DNA of 64,000 nt, from positions 794-64,793 of the forward strand of contig JASFEM010000002.1 of the NCBI GenBank assembly GCA_050124835.1, in the 5' to 3' direction. Under the pieces are notes generated by a model. That model was not told where the DNA came from. It did not search any database and was given only the letters and a program-made list of their open reading frames with translations. The position numbers and the translations under genes are program-made. Below, piece by piece: positions 49,248-58,528 of this stretch (position 1 is the stretch's first letter; every line of letters starts with the position of its first letter). Source of the stretch: Syntrophobacterales bacterium. Lineage in GTDB: Bacteria > Desulfobacterota > Syntrophobacteria > BM002.

Positions 49248-49315
49248 TCAAATCCGAAATCCGAATATCGAAATACTAAACAAATTCAAATTTCCAAAAT
49301 CCAAATGACCAAAAC
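49248..49315. repeat. Heptamer-family repeat in the hypD-hypE spacer
   Basis: caaatcc gaaatcc gaatatc gaaatac taaacaaattcaaatttccaaaatccaaatgacc. Confidence 0.8.
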
Positions 49316-49341
49316 AGCGAAGCCATGAAATGGTCGGCGCA

Positions 49342-50427
49342 TCAATCTCGATGATATTTGTAATAGGCCGCACAGGTACCTTCACTTGAAACCATACAGG
49401 GTCCGTACGGATTTGTCGGGGTGCAACTCTTACGAAAGAGGCCGCATTCCAGAGGCGTGCACACCCCTCGAAGTACTTCGCCGCAGCGGCATCCGGGCAA
49501 CTCACGGGCCGGCGGAACGGTTAGGTCGAAGTGACTCTCCGCGGCGTGAGCCGTATATTTTTTCCTGAGTCTCAGACCACTTTGGGAGATGTGGCCAAGG
49601 CCGCGCCAGAGGGTGTCGGCGGGCTCAAACACTTCTTCCATGAGTTGCCGAGCTCGAGGATTACCCTTTGCGTCAACGGCGCGACTGTATTGAATCTCAA
49701 CTTCGCATCGCCCCTCTTCAATTTGGCAAACCAACATATAGATGCTCTGCAAAATGTCCACCGGCTCAAATCCACTTACTGTGCAGGACTTACCATGCCG
49801 ATCCACCACGTTCTGGTAGGGCTCGGTTCCGATGATGGTGGTCACGTGGCCCGGGCAGAGGAACCCATCAATGTTCACCTCGTCAGCGGCAAGGAGCGTC
49901 TCCAGTGCCGGAGGCAACAACTTGTGTGCTGATAGCACCATAAAATTGTCCAGACGTTCTTGATGGGCCTGGTGAACAGCGGCTGCGATCGTGGGCACTG
50001 TTGTCTCGAAACCAATACCCAGCATGACCACTCTCCGATCTCGATGCTGGCGAGCCAATTCCAAAGCATCGAAGCTTGCATAGACCATCCTCACATCCGC
50101 CCCGCGGGCCTTCTCCTGTTGCAGCGAAGACTCGGAACCGGGCACCCGCATTAGATCACCAAAGGTGGCAACTGTTACATCGCGCTCTTGGCAAAGCATG
50201 ATTGCTTTATCGATGTCCTGAGTTGCTGTTACACACACCGGACATCCGGGGCCGGAAATTAGAGTGATGGTCTCGGGGAGAAGCTCCTTCAGTCCCGAGC
50301 GAAAAATTGCCACCGTATGCGTACCGCACACTTCCATAAAACGAACAGGGGTGTGGGACTTCTTCCGAATAGCCTCGACAATGCTCCCGGCTAGTTTTGG
50401 ATCTCGGTATTCATCCTGGTATTTCAT
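49342..50427 (-). CDS. hypD: [NiFe]-hydrogenase maturation factor HypD
   Basis: MKYQDEYRD..., motifs CGTH and GPGCPVC. Confidence 0.9.
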   Translation of the reverse strand: MKYQDEYRDPKLAGSIVEAIRKKSHTPVRFMEVCGTHTVAIFRSGLKELLPETITLISGPGCPVCVTATQDIDKAIMLCQERDVTVATFGDLMRVPGSESSLQQEKARGADVRMVYASFDALELARQHRDRRVVMLGIGFETTVPTIAAAVHQAHQERLDNFMVLSAHKLLPPALETLLAADEVNIDGFLCPGHVTTIIGTEPYQNVVDRHGKSCTVSGFEPVDILQSIYMLVCQIEEGRCEVEIQYSRAVDAKGNPRARQLMEEVFEPADTLWRGLGHISQSGLRLRKKYTAHAAESHFDLTVPPARELPGCRCGEVLRGVCTPLECGLFRKSCTPTNPYGPCMVSSEGTCAAYYKYHRD

Positions 50428-50454
50428 ATGAGAAAGTCTCCCTCCTTCTCAGCT

Positions 50455-50630
50455 AAAGCTGAAAATCCGAAATCCGAAGCACGAAATTCGAAACAATTTT
50501 CAAATTTTCTAAATCCAAAATTCAAAACGAATCGGAATTATCAGGCGCTTAAGAATTGGGTTTTGGTAATTTGAATTTTGAATTTCGGATTTGTTTCGTA
50601 TTTCGATATTCGATATTCGAATTTATAGCT
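50455..50630. repeat. Heptamer-family repeat array in the hypF-hypD spacer
   Basis: gaaaatccgaaatccgaagcacgaaattcgaaac...ttgaattttgaatttcggatttgtttcgtatttcgatattcgatattcgaattt. Confidence 0.85.
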
Positions 50631-50674
50631 ATCGCAAACTGGCTAATAAGATCACGACCCGCCCACCACAGTGG

Positions 50675-52948
50675 CTACTGTTCTTCTAGGCGCATGGCTC
50701 CAACCACAGCCTGCCCTAAAGAAATACAGGCGTCGTTGGCTGGAATTAGCTGAGGTGTATACACATCCAATCCTGATTTTCTCAGTCTGGCTTCCAAGTT
50801 CTCCAGCAGAAAGACATTCTGGAACACACCCCCGGAGCAGACAACCTTGTCGAGGCCATGAAGTTGACAGAGATACAAGGACACCTCGGCAAACATCTCC
50901 ACCAAGGTTAAATGAAACTTGCCGCTAATCAGTTCTGGCGCCACTCCTGAGACTACATCTTCATAAACCTGCCTGAAAATGGCTGTTGGGCTCAAAAGTA
51001 ATTTCTCTTCATCCTCTTTATATTCGTACTGGTATTTTTCTGTTGTTGGTTCTAGGCACTGTTCCAATTCGATGGCCGCCTGCCCCTCATAGGCAATGCG
51101 GTCCTTCAGTCCTGCAATTGCTGTCACACCATCAAAGAGTCTTCCGCAACTTGAGGTGAGGGGGCTATTCACCCCCCGCTGCATCATTTGGAGCAAGACC
51201 CCTATTTGGTGCCGGTCCCATCTTTCAAGTAACTGAACTTCATCCTGGAAGATGTCTTCGCCAAAAGTGGCCCACAAATAGGCCACCGCCATTCGCCACG
51301 GCTCTTTTATGGCTTTGGCCCCACCGGGCATGGGCACATATTCAAAATGGGCCACTCTTTCGTAACTGCTCTCATCCGATACCAAGATTTCTCCGCCCCA
51401 GACGGTGCCATCCGCGCCAAAACCGGTTCCATCCAGGGCTAGTCCCAATACTTTGTCCCTTAGCCCGTGTTCTGCCATGCAACTAACCACATGGGCGTGA
51501 TGGTGCTGCACTGCCAGGGTGGGAAGCTCGTCCTGGGCCTCGGCCACTTGGGTTGTCAGATAGTCTGGGTGGAGATCATGAACTAATAGGCGGGGACTCA
51601 CCTCAAGGATCCTCCGTAGGTGATCCACTGTCTGCTCGAGAAACTGCAATGTCTCCAGATTTTCGAGGTCGCCGATATGCTGCCCAACAAATGCCCGATT
51701 TTCTTTGGTCAGACAAATAGTACCTTTCAATTCGCCTCCCAAAGCCAGGACTTGAGGAACAGGTTTTCTTAGAAAAATCGGCACTGGTACGTATCCTCTT
51801 GATCTCCGTATTTGTCTCGGTCGGCCTTCCGCTATTCTGAGCACCGAATCATCACTGCGCAGTAGGATATCTCGGTTGTGCAAAAGAAAGTAGTCAGCTA
51901 TATTTCCTAGCCGCTCTAAGGCCTCGTGGTTGTCTATTGCGATGGGCTCCTCGCTGATGTTGCCGCTGGTCATCACCAGGGCTAGAAAGGGATGAGAGAG
52001 AAGCAAGTGGTGAAGAGGCGTGTAAGGCAGCATCACACCGAAGTAACGATTTCTTGGAGCCACTTCAGGGGCAATGAGACTTCTCAGTCGCTTTGGGACG
52101 ATAACGATGGGACGCTGTGGGGAAGTGAGCAGTTGCCGCTCCTCTTCTCCTATCAGCGCATAACGTTCAATCTGTTCCAAACTGGATGACATGAGGGCCA
52201 AAGGCTTCTCTTCCCTGCCCTTTCTCCAGCGGAGTCTCTCGACCGCCTCGTTATGGGTAGCATCAACCGCAAGGTGAAATCCACCCAATCCCTTTAATGC
52301 AATGATTGCCCCCTGGTTGAGCAAACTGGCTGTCTCGGATATAGCATCTTCGCTGCCCAGGTCTTTACCACCACTATCGGCCAAGTAGACCTGCGGGCCA
52401 CAGACCCAACAAGCATTGGGTTGGGCATGAAAGCGCCGATCGAGCGGATTGTGGTATTCACGCTCACAGTCATCACACATGGTAAAGACAGCCATGGAGG
52501 TCTTTGACCTGTCATAAGGTATATCGTTAATTATGGTGTACCGCGGACCACAATTGGTGCAGTTGATAAAGGGGTATAGGTACCGCCTGTCCTGCGGGTC
52601 AAAGAGCTCCCGGAGGCAATCGGTGCAGGTTGTTGTGTCGGGAGATATGAGGGCTGCTCGCTCCTCACCTTGTTCGCTGGATTTTATTTCGAAACGATTG
52701 TAGTCAGCTGCGGGCAGTTCCTCGGTGTCTATCTGGGTAATAATTGCCAGTGGCGGGGTTAATTCCGGGAGTTCTTTTAGAAAATGCTGGAGAGCTTTAC
52801 GGTCACCTTCTACCTCTATTTCCACACCCTTTGGTGTGTTAGCTACGTAACCGTTTAACCGATGGTGGTGAGCCAGTTGGTAAATGAACGGACGAAAACC
52901 TACACCCTGGACAATTCCTTGGATGTGAACCCTAAGTCTTAGCGCCAT
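50675..52948 (-). CDS. hypF: [NiFe]-hydrogenase maturation carbamoyltransferase HypF
   Basis: Acylphosphatase domain (VQGVGFRPF), two Zn-finger CxxC pairs, YrdC and Kae1-like domains. Confidence 0.95.
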   Translation of the reverse strand: MALRLRVHIQGIVQGVGFRPFIYQLAHHHRLNGYVANTPKGVEIEVEGDRKALQHFLKELPELTPPLAIITQIDTEELPAADYNRFEIKSSEQGEERAALISPDTTTCTDCLRELFDPQDRRYLYPFINCTNCGPRYTIINDIPYDRSKTSMAVFTMCDDCEREYHNPLDRRFHAQPNACWVCGPQVYLADSGGKDLGSEDAISETASLLNQGAIIALKGLGGFHLAVDATHNEAVERLRWRKGREEKPLALMSSSLEQIERYALIGEEERQLLTSPQRPIVIVPKRLRSLIAPEVAPRNRYFGVMLPYTPLHHLLLSHPFLALVMTSGNISEEPIAIDNHEALERLGNIADYFLLHNRDILLRSDDSVLRIAEGRPRQIRRSRGYVPVPIFLRKPVPQVLALGGELKGTICLTKENRAFVGQHIGDLENLETLQFLEQTVDHLRRILEVSPRLLVHDLHPDYLTTQVAEAQDELPTLAVQHHHAHVVSCMAEHGLRDKVLGLALDGTGFGADGTVWGGEILVSDESSYERVAHFEYVPMPGGAKAIKEPWRMAVAYLWATFGEDIFQDEVQLLERWDRHQIGVLLQMMQRGVNSPLTSSCGRLFDGVTAIAGLKDRIAYEGQAAIELEQCLEPTTEKYQYEYKEDEEKLLLSPTAIFRQVYEDVVSGVAPELISGKFHLTLVEMFAEVSLYLCQLHGLDKVVCSGGVFQNVFLLENLEARLRKSGLDVYTPQLIPANDACISLGQAVVGAMRLEEQ

Positions 52949-53615
52949 CTAATTCAGCTTTGCGGTCGCTCACCCGCTCTCTGAGCCAGTCGGCCCAGGA
53001 ATCCAATCCTTCACCTGTACGGCAGGAAACCTCGAAGATCTCCAGATCGGCATTTAGCTGCAAGGCCCGCTCTCTCATTTTCCCCACATCACATTCAACG
53101 TAAGGGAGTAAGTCAATCTTGTTTATGAGTAGCACCCTGGATTCTTGAAACATTAAGGGATATTTTAGGGGTTTATCATCTCCCTCAGCAACACTGAGGA
53201 TCATAGCCTTCATGTCCTCACCCAGGTTGAATTCAGCCGGGCACACCAAATTCCCTACGTTTTCAACCATCAGTAGATCAAGATTTCCCAGATCCAAAGC
53301 GTCTAAACTGGATTTGATCATGTTGCCATCCAGATGGCAAGATCCACCGGTGTTGAGTTGCACCACCTGAACCCCCTTCTGCCCAATTCGCTCCGCATCG
53401 TAGGATGATTGAATATCTCCCTCGATTACGCCCATGCGAATCTCTTGGCGGAGGGCATCGATGGTCCTTTCCAATAGTGACGTTTTACCCGCTCCAGGTC
53501 CACTCATCAGGTTGATGACGAATAAGCCGGCTTGACGAAAAATTCTTCGATTGTCCTCGGCCAGCCGTTCATTGGCTGCCAAAATGTCACGGACTACTGG
53601 TATTTTCAGGGTCAT
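52932..53615 (-). CDS. hypB: Hydrogenase nickel-incorporation GTPase HypB
   Basis: P-loop SGPGAGKTSLL and CH motif region. Confidence 0.9.
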   Translation of the reverse strand: MTLKIPVVRDILAANERLAEDNRRIFRQAGLFVINLMSGPGAGKTSLLERTIDALRQEIRMGVIEGDIQSSYDAERIGQKGVQVVQLNTGGSCHLDGNMIKSSLDALDLGNLDLLMVENVGNLVCPAEFNLGEDMKAMILSVAEGDDKPLKYPLMFQESRVLLINKIDLLPYVECDVGKMRERALQLNADLEIFEVSCRTGEGLDSWADWLRERVSDRKAELDGAKT

Positions 53616-53680
53616 TTATCATTACTCATTTGGCATTTGGCATTTGTTTCAGCATTTTTCGCTATGCTCTATGCGCTATG
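53616..53680. repeat. Heptamer-family repeat in the hypA-hypB spacer
   Basis: tcattta tcattac tcatttg gcatttg gcatttg tttcagc atttttcg ctatgct ctatgcg. Confidence 0.7.
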
Positions 53681-53681
53681 C

Positions 53682-54023
53682 TTATTCTGCCTCAAAACTC
53701 TCAACGCTCAACTCCCGTCCACTCAACATGTCTATCTTAGGGCTATTGCATGAAGGACAAGTGAACACCAACTCTTGTACGCTAAACTTTGAACCACATT
53801 CCTGGCATTGGCAAGTCACTTGAACTCGCTCAATATCCAGTTTAGCTCCCTCTACCAAAGTGCCCTTGCTAAGCAGTTCAAAACAAAATCGAAGTGATTC
53901 GGACTGTACAGCGCTCAACTCTCCCAATTTGAGTGAAACGGAGAGCACCCGACTGACTTTGTGATTCTGACTCTCTTGAAAAATGATATCCAATATGGAC
54001 TGTGCAATCGACATCTCATGCAT
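53682..54023 (-). CDS. hypA: Hydrogenase nickel-insertion protein HypA
   Basis: MHEMSIAQSIL... and the zinc site CxxC...CxxC (CQECG...CPSCN). Confidence 0.9.
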   Translation of the reverse strand: MHEMSIAQSILDIIFQESQNHKVSRVLSVSLKLGELSAVQSESLRFCFELLSKGTLVEGAKLDIERVQVTCQCQECGSKFSVQELVFTCPSCNSPKIDMLSGRELSVESFEAE

Positions 54024-54195
54024 GGGTCACGGCGCAACGTATAAACGGCTTTTTTGGCCTTCTTATATTTGTCCTCAACTACGCTCTCTGGGGTACTGAA
54101 GCCACTCGATTGTGGTATTCCAACTCACTTTTACGTAAGCATTTCTTATTTTCAATCCAAAATCTACAACCTGAAATCTGCAATCCATTGCCTTC

Positions 54196-54606
54196 CTATT
54201 TCTTGCGGCTGGATGCTTTACTAGCTCCGACTTTCTCCACCACCTTCTCATAGTACCTTTGCTGCTCTTCCCACTGCACTGAGCCGTTGCGCATCGTGTT
54301 GAGCTTCATTATCAGGTAATTAAGCTTTTTGATCTGCCGGTATTTTTCGCCCTCATCCGTCAGCTTTCCCAACAACTCCTCTGCGCTTCTAATCTCCTTT
54401 TTCAACTCCAATTCTGGCGGCAGACAGTTAGCGTTCTTGAGGACCTTGTAGGCCAGACGAAGGTCTTCAGGGATGTGCTGGTCATCTTCAAGCTTCAGCG
54501 GCTTTCCCCGTCCTGGAAGATTTTCAAACTCGCCACGCTGTATCGCCTCGCGGATTCGCTCCTCGGCAATACGCTCTAGGGCGGCAAAAATATTACGTTT
54601 TGACAT
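54196..54606 (-). CDS. DUF1992 (DnaJC28-like) domain protein
   Basis: AEERIREAIQRGEFENLPGRGKPL N-terminal signature. Confidence 0.75.
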   Translation of the reverse strand: MSKRNIFAALERIAEERIREAIQRGEFENLPGRGKPLKLEDDQHIPEDLRLAYKVLKNANCLPPELELKKEIRSAEELLGKLTDEGEKYRQIKKLNYLIMKLNTMRNGSVQWEEQQRYYEKVVEKVGASKASSRKK

Positions 54607-54869
54607 TCTGAATACGCCTATAGAGTGAGCTAAAATGAACTAAAATGTCTAAAGTGCCTAAAATTATAAACCTTCGAAAGAATTTTGCCCACCCCGTATC
54701 ACCAACCACTGGGCAGATTTAAGATTCCATATTTTCCATTTCTTCGCACTCGCTGGCTCCGCTCAGTCCCGCAAGCGAGTTACCAGTTCCGCATTCCGCA
54801 TTAGTAACTGAAACTCAAGCTTTGAATAGCAAGTCACCCAAGTGCCTAATGATAAATGGGAAATGCGCA

Positions 54870-54915
54870 AAGACAAATGACCTAGTGCCTAGTCCCTAGT
54901 GCTTAGTGCCTGGTT
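54870..54915. repeat. TAGTCCC/TAGTGCT heptamer repeat, short copy
   Basis: cctagtgc ctagtccc tagtgct tagtgcc. Same units as the array at 44600-44727. Confidence 0.7.
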
Positions 54916-54919
54916 CTCC

Positions 54920-56422
54920 TTACGTGACACCTTCATACAGCTTCTTGCTCACGAATAACCCCACTAGATCGGGATCCAGTTTCTTCGCTTCGGCTTCTTG
55001 GATTAGGTGTTGCAAAGCCTCTTGCGCTGGCATCGCCCCACGGTATGGGCGGTCGGTGGCGGTAAGTGCATCATAGACATCCGCAATGCCCAAAATGCGT
55101 GCCTGGATCATAATGTCGGGAGCCGTTAGGCCGAGGGGGTAACCTGAACCGTCCAACTTTTCGTGATGCGCCGCGGCGATTACTGGAATGCGCTCCAGGT
55201 CCTTGGTGAAGGGAATTTTATTGATAATGTTCAGCGTCTGCAAGACGTGGCCTTGAACTTCCTGAAACTCCTGACCGGTAAGGTTGCCAGTGGGCAGGCT
55301 TAAGTTGTGGGCCTCTTCCTCGCTGAGATAGGCTCTGATCTCGCCGCGAGCATTGCGGAAGTTTTTTCGCTGGATTTCCCGCACTCGCCTGATGTCCTTT
55401 GAGCCAATCTGCTTGGCTCGATTCATACTCCTGATGAACTGCAGTTCCTCATCGACTTTCCGAAGTCTCCGCTCAAGTTCACCGCTGTCGGAACTTTTGG
55501 GATTTTCAGCCTCAGCGCGCTGCCGCTCAAAGTCGCGAGCAACAGCCAGTTTGATTGCCTCAAACCGGGTCGAGATCAGCTCCATTTTCGCTGGAGAAAG
55601 TCGGTCGACTCTTTCCAGAAGTTCTTCACGCACGCCGATCTTGCCGATGTCGTGGAGCCAGGCAGCGTAGTTCAGCTCCTCCAGCTCCTTGTTAGTAAAG
55701 GAGACATGCGCCAGAGGTCCCTCGGTCTGGTCATTTATCGCCCGGGCCAACCGCATGGCATAAGTGGCAACCCGGCGCGAGTGGCCGGCAGTATGAGGAC
55801 TTCTGGCATCGATGGCAGAAGCAGAATACCGCACCAATGCAGCGAAAACCTCGTGGACGGCATTAATCAGACGTGCATTTTGTATAGCCGTAGCCGCCTG
55901 CGAAGCCAGCGATGCCACCAGCTCCTCCTGAGCGGTTTCGAAGACGGTGACGCTGCCCTGATCATCGAGAGAGTTGATTAGCTGGAGCACCCCAATAATC
56001 TCATTCTCATGGTCGCGCATTGGAACCACAAGCATGGAGCGAGTACGGTAGCGGTTGCGCTCATCAAATGCTGGGTTGAAACGATACTCCTCATTTCCTG
56101 AGAGTTCGTAGACATCAGAAATATTGAGTGTCTTTCCGGTGGTTGCAACGTAACCTGCTATGCTCGTTTTGTCTAAGGGCATGGGAAAAGGTCGAAACGC
56201 TTCGGAAACCTTGTCTTTGCGGGCTGTAAGAGTGTCATTTTGAGCCACCTCAAAGCGCAGTTGACCTCTATCCACGCTGTAAAGACTGCCGGCGTCCGCC
56301 CTGGTAAACTGGCGGCTTTCGCGGACGATAAGTTCCAGCAATGTTGGCAGGTGAGTCTCGCTGGTAAGGGCAATACCTATCTGATTGAGCCTCTTGATTT
56401 GCTCTTTAAGCCTGTTAGGCAA
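54920..56422 (-). CDS. GAF-domain HD-GYP phosphodiesterase
   Basis: N-terminal GAF; HD motif WLHDIGKIGV; HHEKLDGSGYP (GYP) motif. Confidence 0.85.
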   Translation of the reverse strand: MPNRLKEQIKRLNQIGIALTSETHLPTLLELIVRESRQFTRADAGSLYSVDRGQLRFEVAQNDTLTARKDKVSEAFRPFPMPLDKTSIAGYVATTGKTLNISDVYELSGNEEYRFNPAFDERNRYRTRSMLVVPMRDHENEIIGVLQLINSLDDQGSVTVFETAQEELVASLASQAATAIQNARLINAVHEVFAALVRYSASAIDARSPHTAGHSRRVATYAMRLARAINDQTEGPLAHVSFTNKELEELNYAAWLHDIGKIGVREELLERVDRLSPAKMELISTRFEAIKLAVARDFERQRAEAENPKSSDSGELERRLRKVDEELQFIRSMNRAKQIGSKDIRRVREIQRKNFRNARGEIRAYLSEEEAHNLSLPTGNLTGQEFQEVQGHVLQTLNIINKIPFTKDLERIPVIAAAHHEKLDGSGYPLGLTAPDIMIQARILGIADVYDALTATDRPYRGAMPAQEALQHLIQEAEAKKLDPDLVGLFVSKKLYEGVT

Positions 56423-56454
56423 AGCTGCACCCCTCCATTTGCTTCTTGATTCGA

Positions 56455-58410
56455 TTAGCCCAGATTCTCCGCCTCACTCACCCAGGAACCAACGATGCGG
56501 CCGGTATCCCGTACATCATAGCCGCCCAGTGCCATCACCTGGTCCTTGAAACCCTGGGTGGCAATAACCTGTAGCAATTTTTGCACCAGAGGATTTCTGA
56601 AATGCTCAGCAGGAATCACAAGATCATATCGTTCGGTAGTCACCGGAATGAAATCGAGGCTTAAGGCTTGTGCCGCTGCGAGAATGCCCATACCAGCGTC
56701 GGCAGTGGAGCTCAACACGGCAACGGCAACTGCCATGTGGGTGTATTCCTCCCGCTGGTAACCGCTGATACTCGCAGGATCTAACCCTTCCTGTGCCAAC
56801 CGCCAATCCAGCAGAATACGGGTTCCTGATCCGGCCTGCCGATTAACAAAGCTCAACTCAGAGCGACAAAGATCCGCCAGGCCGTTTATACCTTTTGGAT
56901 TACCAGGCGCAACGATCAATCCCTGTTCGCGATGAACCAGATTTACCAAATAAACCTCCACATCAGGCAAGTAGCGTTGAATATAGGAACTATTATATTC
57001 TCCGGTTTCGGTGTCAAGCAAATGAGAGCCAGCCAGATGAGCTGAGCCTTTCCTCAAAGCCAACAGGCCGCCTAGGCTGCCCACATTGCTGGAGGCCAGG
57101 CTAATCTGCGGATCACATTTTTTGAGAAGATTGGCAATAAGATCCAGAGTCATGTCATGGCTGCCCACCGCCACCAAGGTACGCTCGATTCCCTGCCTAT
57201 TGGCAAGCAAGCTGACAGGGTGAGGTTCGGTCTCTGTAATCCCCTCAACTGTTTCCGGGATTCTCAGGAAGCCGGTGGCCTGGCTCAAGGAGGTAATGGA
57301 GCCTGCCCCCCGCGGCAGTGGTGTCGCCACCAACCGATCCCCCACCCTGCCGAGATTCACCCTGAGAAATTCTTCAACCCCAAGCTTGGAGGGCAACTTC
57401 TGGGAAGGATAAGCATCTACCTGCTCAGATTCCGGCTCGTCAAGACCTTGCATACGATATAAGAGAGGACGAACAAATTGTTCCATACTGATGACTGCGG
57501 ATACCGGATAGCCCGGATTGCCAACCACCGGTTTGCCTTGGATCTCCCCGAGGACCGTTGGTTTACCCGGCATAATTGCCACTCCGTGTACCAGCACCTT
57601 GCCCAATTCAGCTATCAGGTTGGTCGTGTGATCTTCCGAACCAGCCGAAGATCCGGCATTGATTATTATCAGGTCGTAGTTCCCGGCCAGCCCCTCCAAC
57701 AGTACTTGGCGGAGACGATCAGGGTCGTCTGGTATTGTTGGATGGCGATCACATAAGCCGCCCCACTGGCGAATCATATTGAGCAGCACCCAGGAGTTGA
57801 ACTCCACAATCTTACCCACCGGCACCAGGTCAGCGTCCCTCAGACTTTCTGCCTCTAGCAGTTCTCCACCAGTGGGAATGATCATCGCTCGAGGCCGCCG
57901 TTTCACCTCCAATTCCAGAATTCCGGCCGCAAGAAGGGCTCCAATGTCGTAGGCAGTGATCGAATGATTTTGGGGTAACAGGAGCTCAGTGGCCACAATA
58001 TCCTCTCCCACCTTGCGCACGTGCTGCCACGGAAAGGCAGCGGCCTGAATCTCCACCCGTTGGTCATCTATTTGATGGATATTCTCCACCATGATCACCG
58101 CATCGGTGCCTGGAGGCATGGGCTGCCCTGTGTTGATCCAATGGACCTCGCTTTCCAACTCCAGCTGCATGGGACTATCCAGCGTGGCGCCAAAAGTGCG
58201 CTCCGCCCTGACGGCAATGCCATCCATGGCAGCAGAATGAAAAGTTGGCGTCGAAAAGCGGGCAAACACCGGAGCCGCTGTCACCCTTCCCGCAGCCTCA
58301 ACTGATGGGACGGTCTCCCCGGAAAGGAAGGTTTCCAGTTCCCAATGGTCCAGAAATATCTTTCGAGCCTCCTCCAGGGACTTCATTTTCAGGTAAATTC
58401 GTCGAGCCAT
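56455..58410 (-). CDS. moeA: Molybdopterin molybdotransferase MoeA fused to a C-terminal periplasmic-binding-protein-like domain
   Basis: MoeA N and MoCF-biosynthesis domains (IIPTGGEL) followed by ~250 aa of a PBP-like fold. Confidence 0.8.
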   Translation of the reverse strand: MARRIYLKMKSLEEARKIFLDHWELETFLSGETVPSVEAAGRVTAAPVFARFSTPTFHSAAMDGIAVRAERTFGATLDSPMQLELESEVHWINTGQPMPPGTDAVIMVENIHQIDDQRVEIQAAAFPWQHVRKVGEDIVATELLLPQNHSITAYDIGALLAAGILELEVKRRPRAMIIPTGGELLEAESLRDADLVPVGKIVEFNSWVLLNMIRQWGGLCDRHPTIPDDPDRLRQVLLEGLAGNYDLIIINAGSSAGSEDHTTNLIAELGKVLVHGVAIMPGKPTVLGEIQGKPVVGNPGYPVSAVISMEQFVRPLLYRMQGLDEPESEQVDAYPSQKLPSKLGVEEFLRVNLGRVGDRLVATPLPRGAGSITSLSQATGFLRIPETVEGITETEPHPVSLLANRQGIERTLVAVGSHDMTLDLIANLLKKCDPQISLASSNVGSLGGLLALRKGSAHLAGSHLLDTETGEYNSSYIQRYLPDVEVYLVNLVHREQGLIVAPGNPKGINGLADLCRSELSFVNRQAGSGTRILLDWRLAQEGLDPASISGYQREEYTHMAVAVAVLSSTADAGMGILAAAQALSLDFIPVTTERYDLVIPAEHFRNPLVQKLLQVIATQGFKDQVMALGGYDVRDTGRIVGSWVSEAENLG

Positions 58411-58444
58411 ATAGCAAATGCCTCAGTTGAGCTAAGCTGAAAAA

Positions 58445-58528
58445 ATTCGAATCTTAATTCATTAATCCCCTAATCCTGCAATCCCTTAATCCCAAATCTG
58501 CAATCTTAAATCTTAAATCTCAAATCCC
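58445..58528. repeat. Heptamer-family repeat (reverse-orientation AATCC / AATCTGC units)
   Basis: taatccc ctaatcc tgcaatccc ttaatccc aaatctgc aatctta aatctta aatctca aatccc. Confidence 0.85.
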
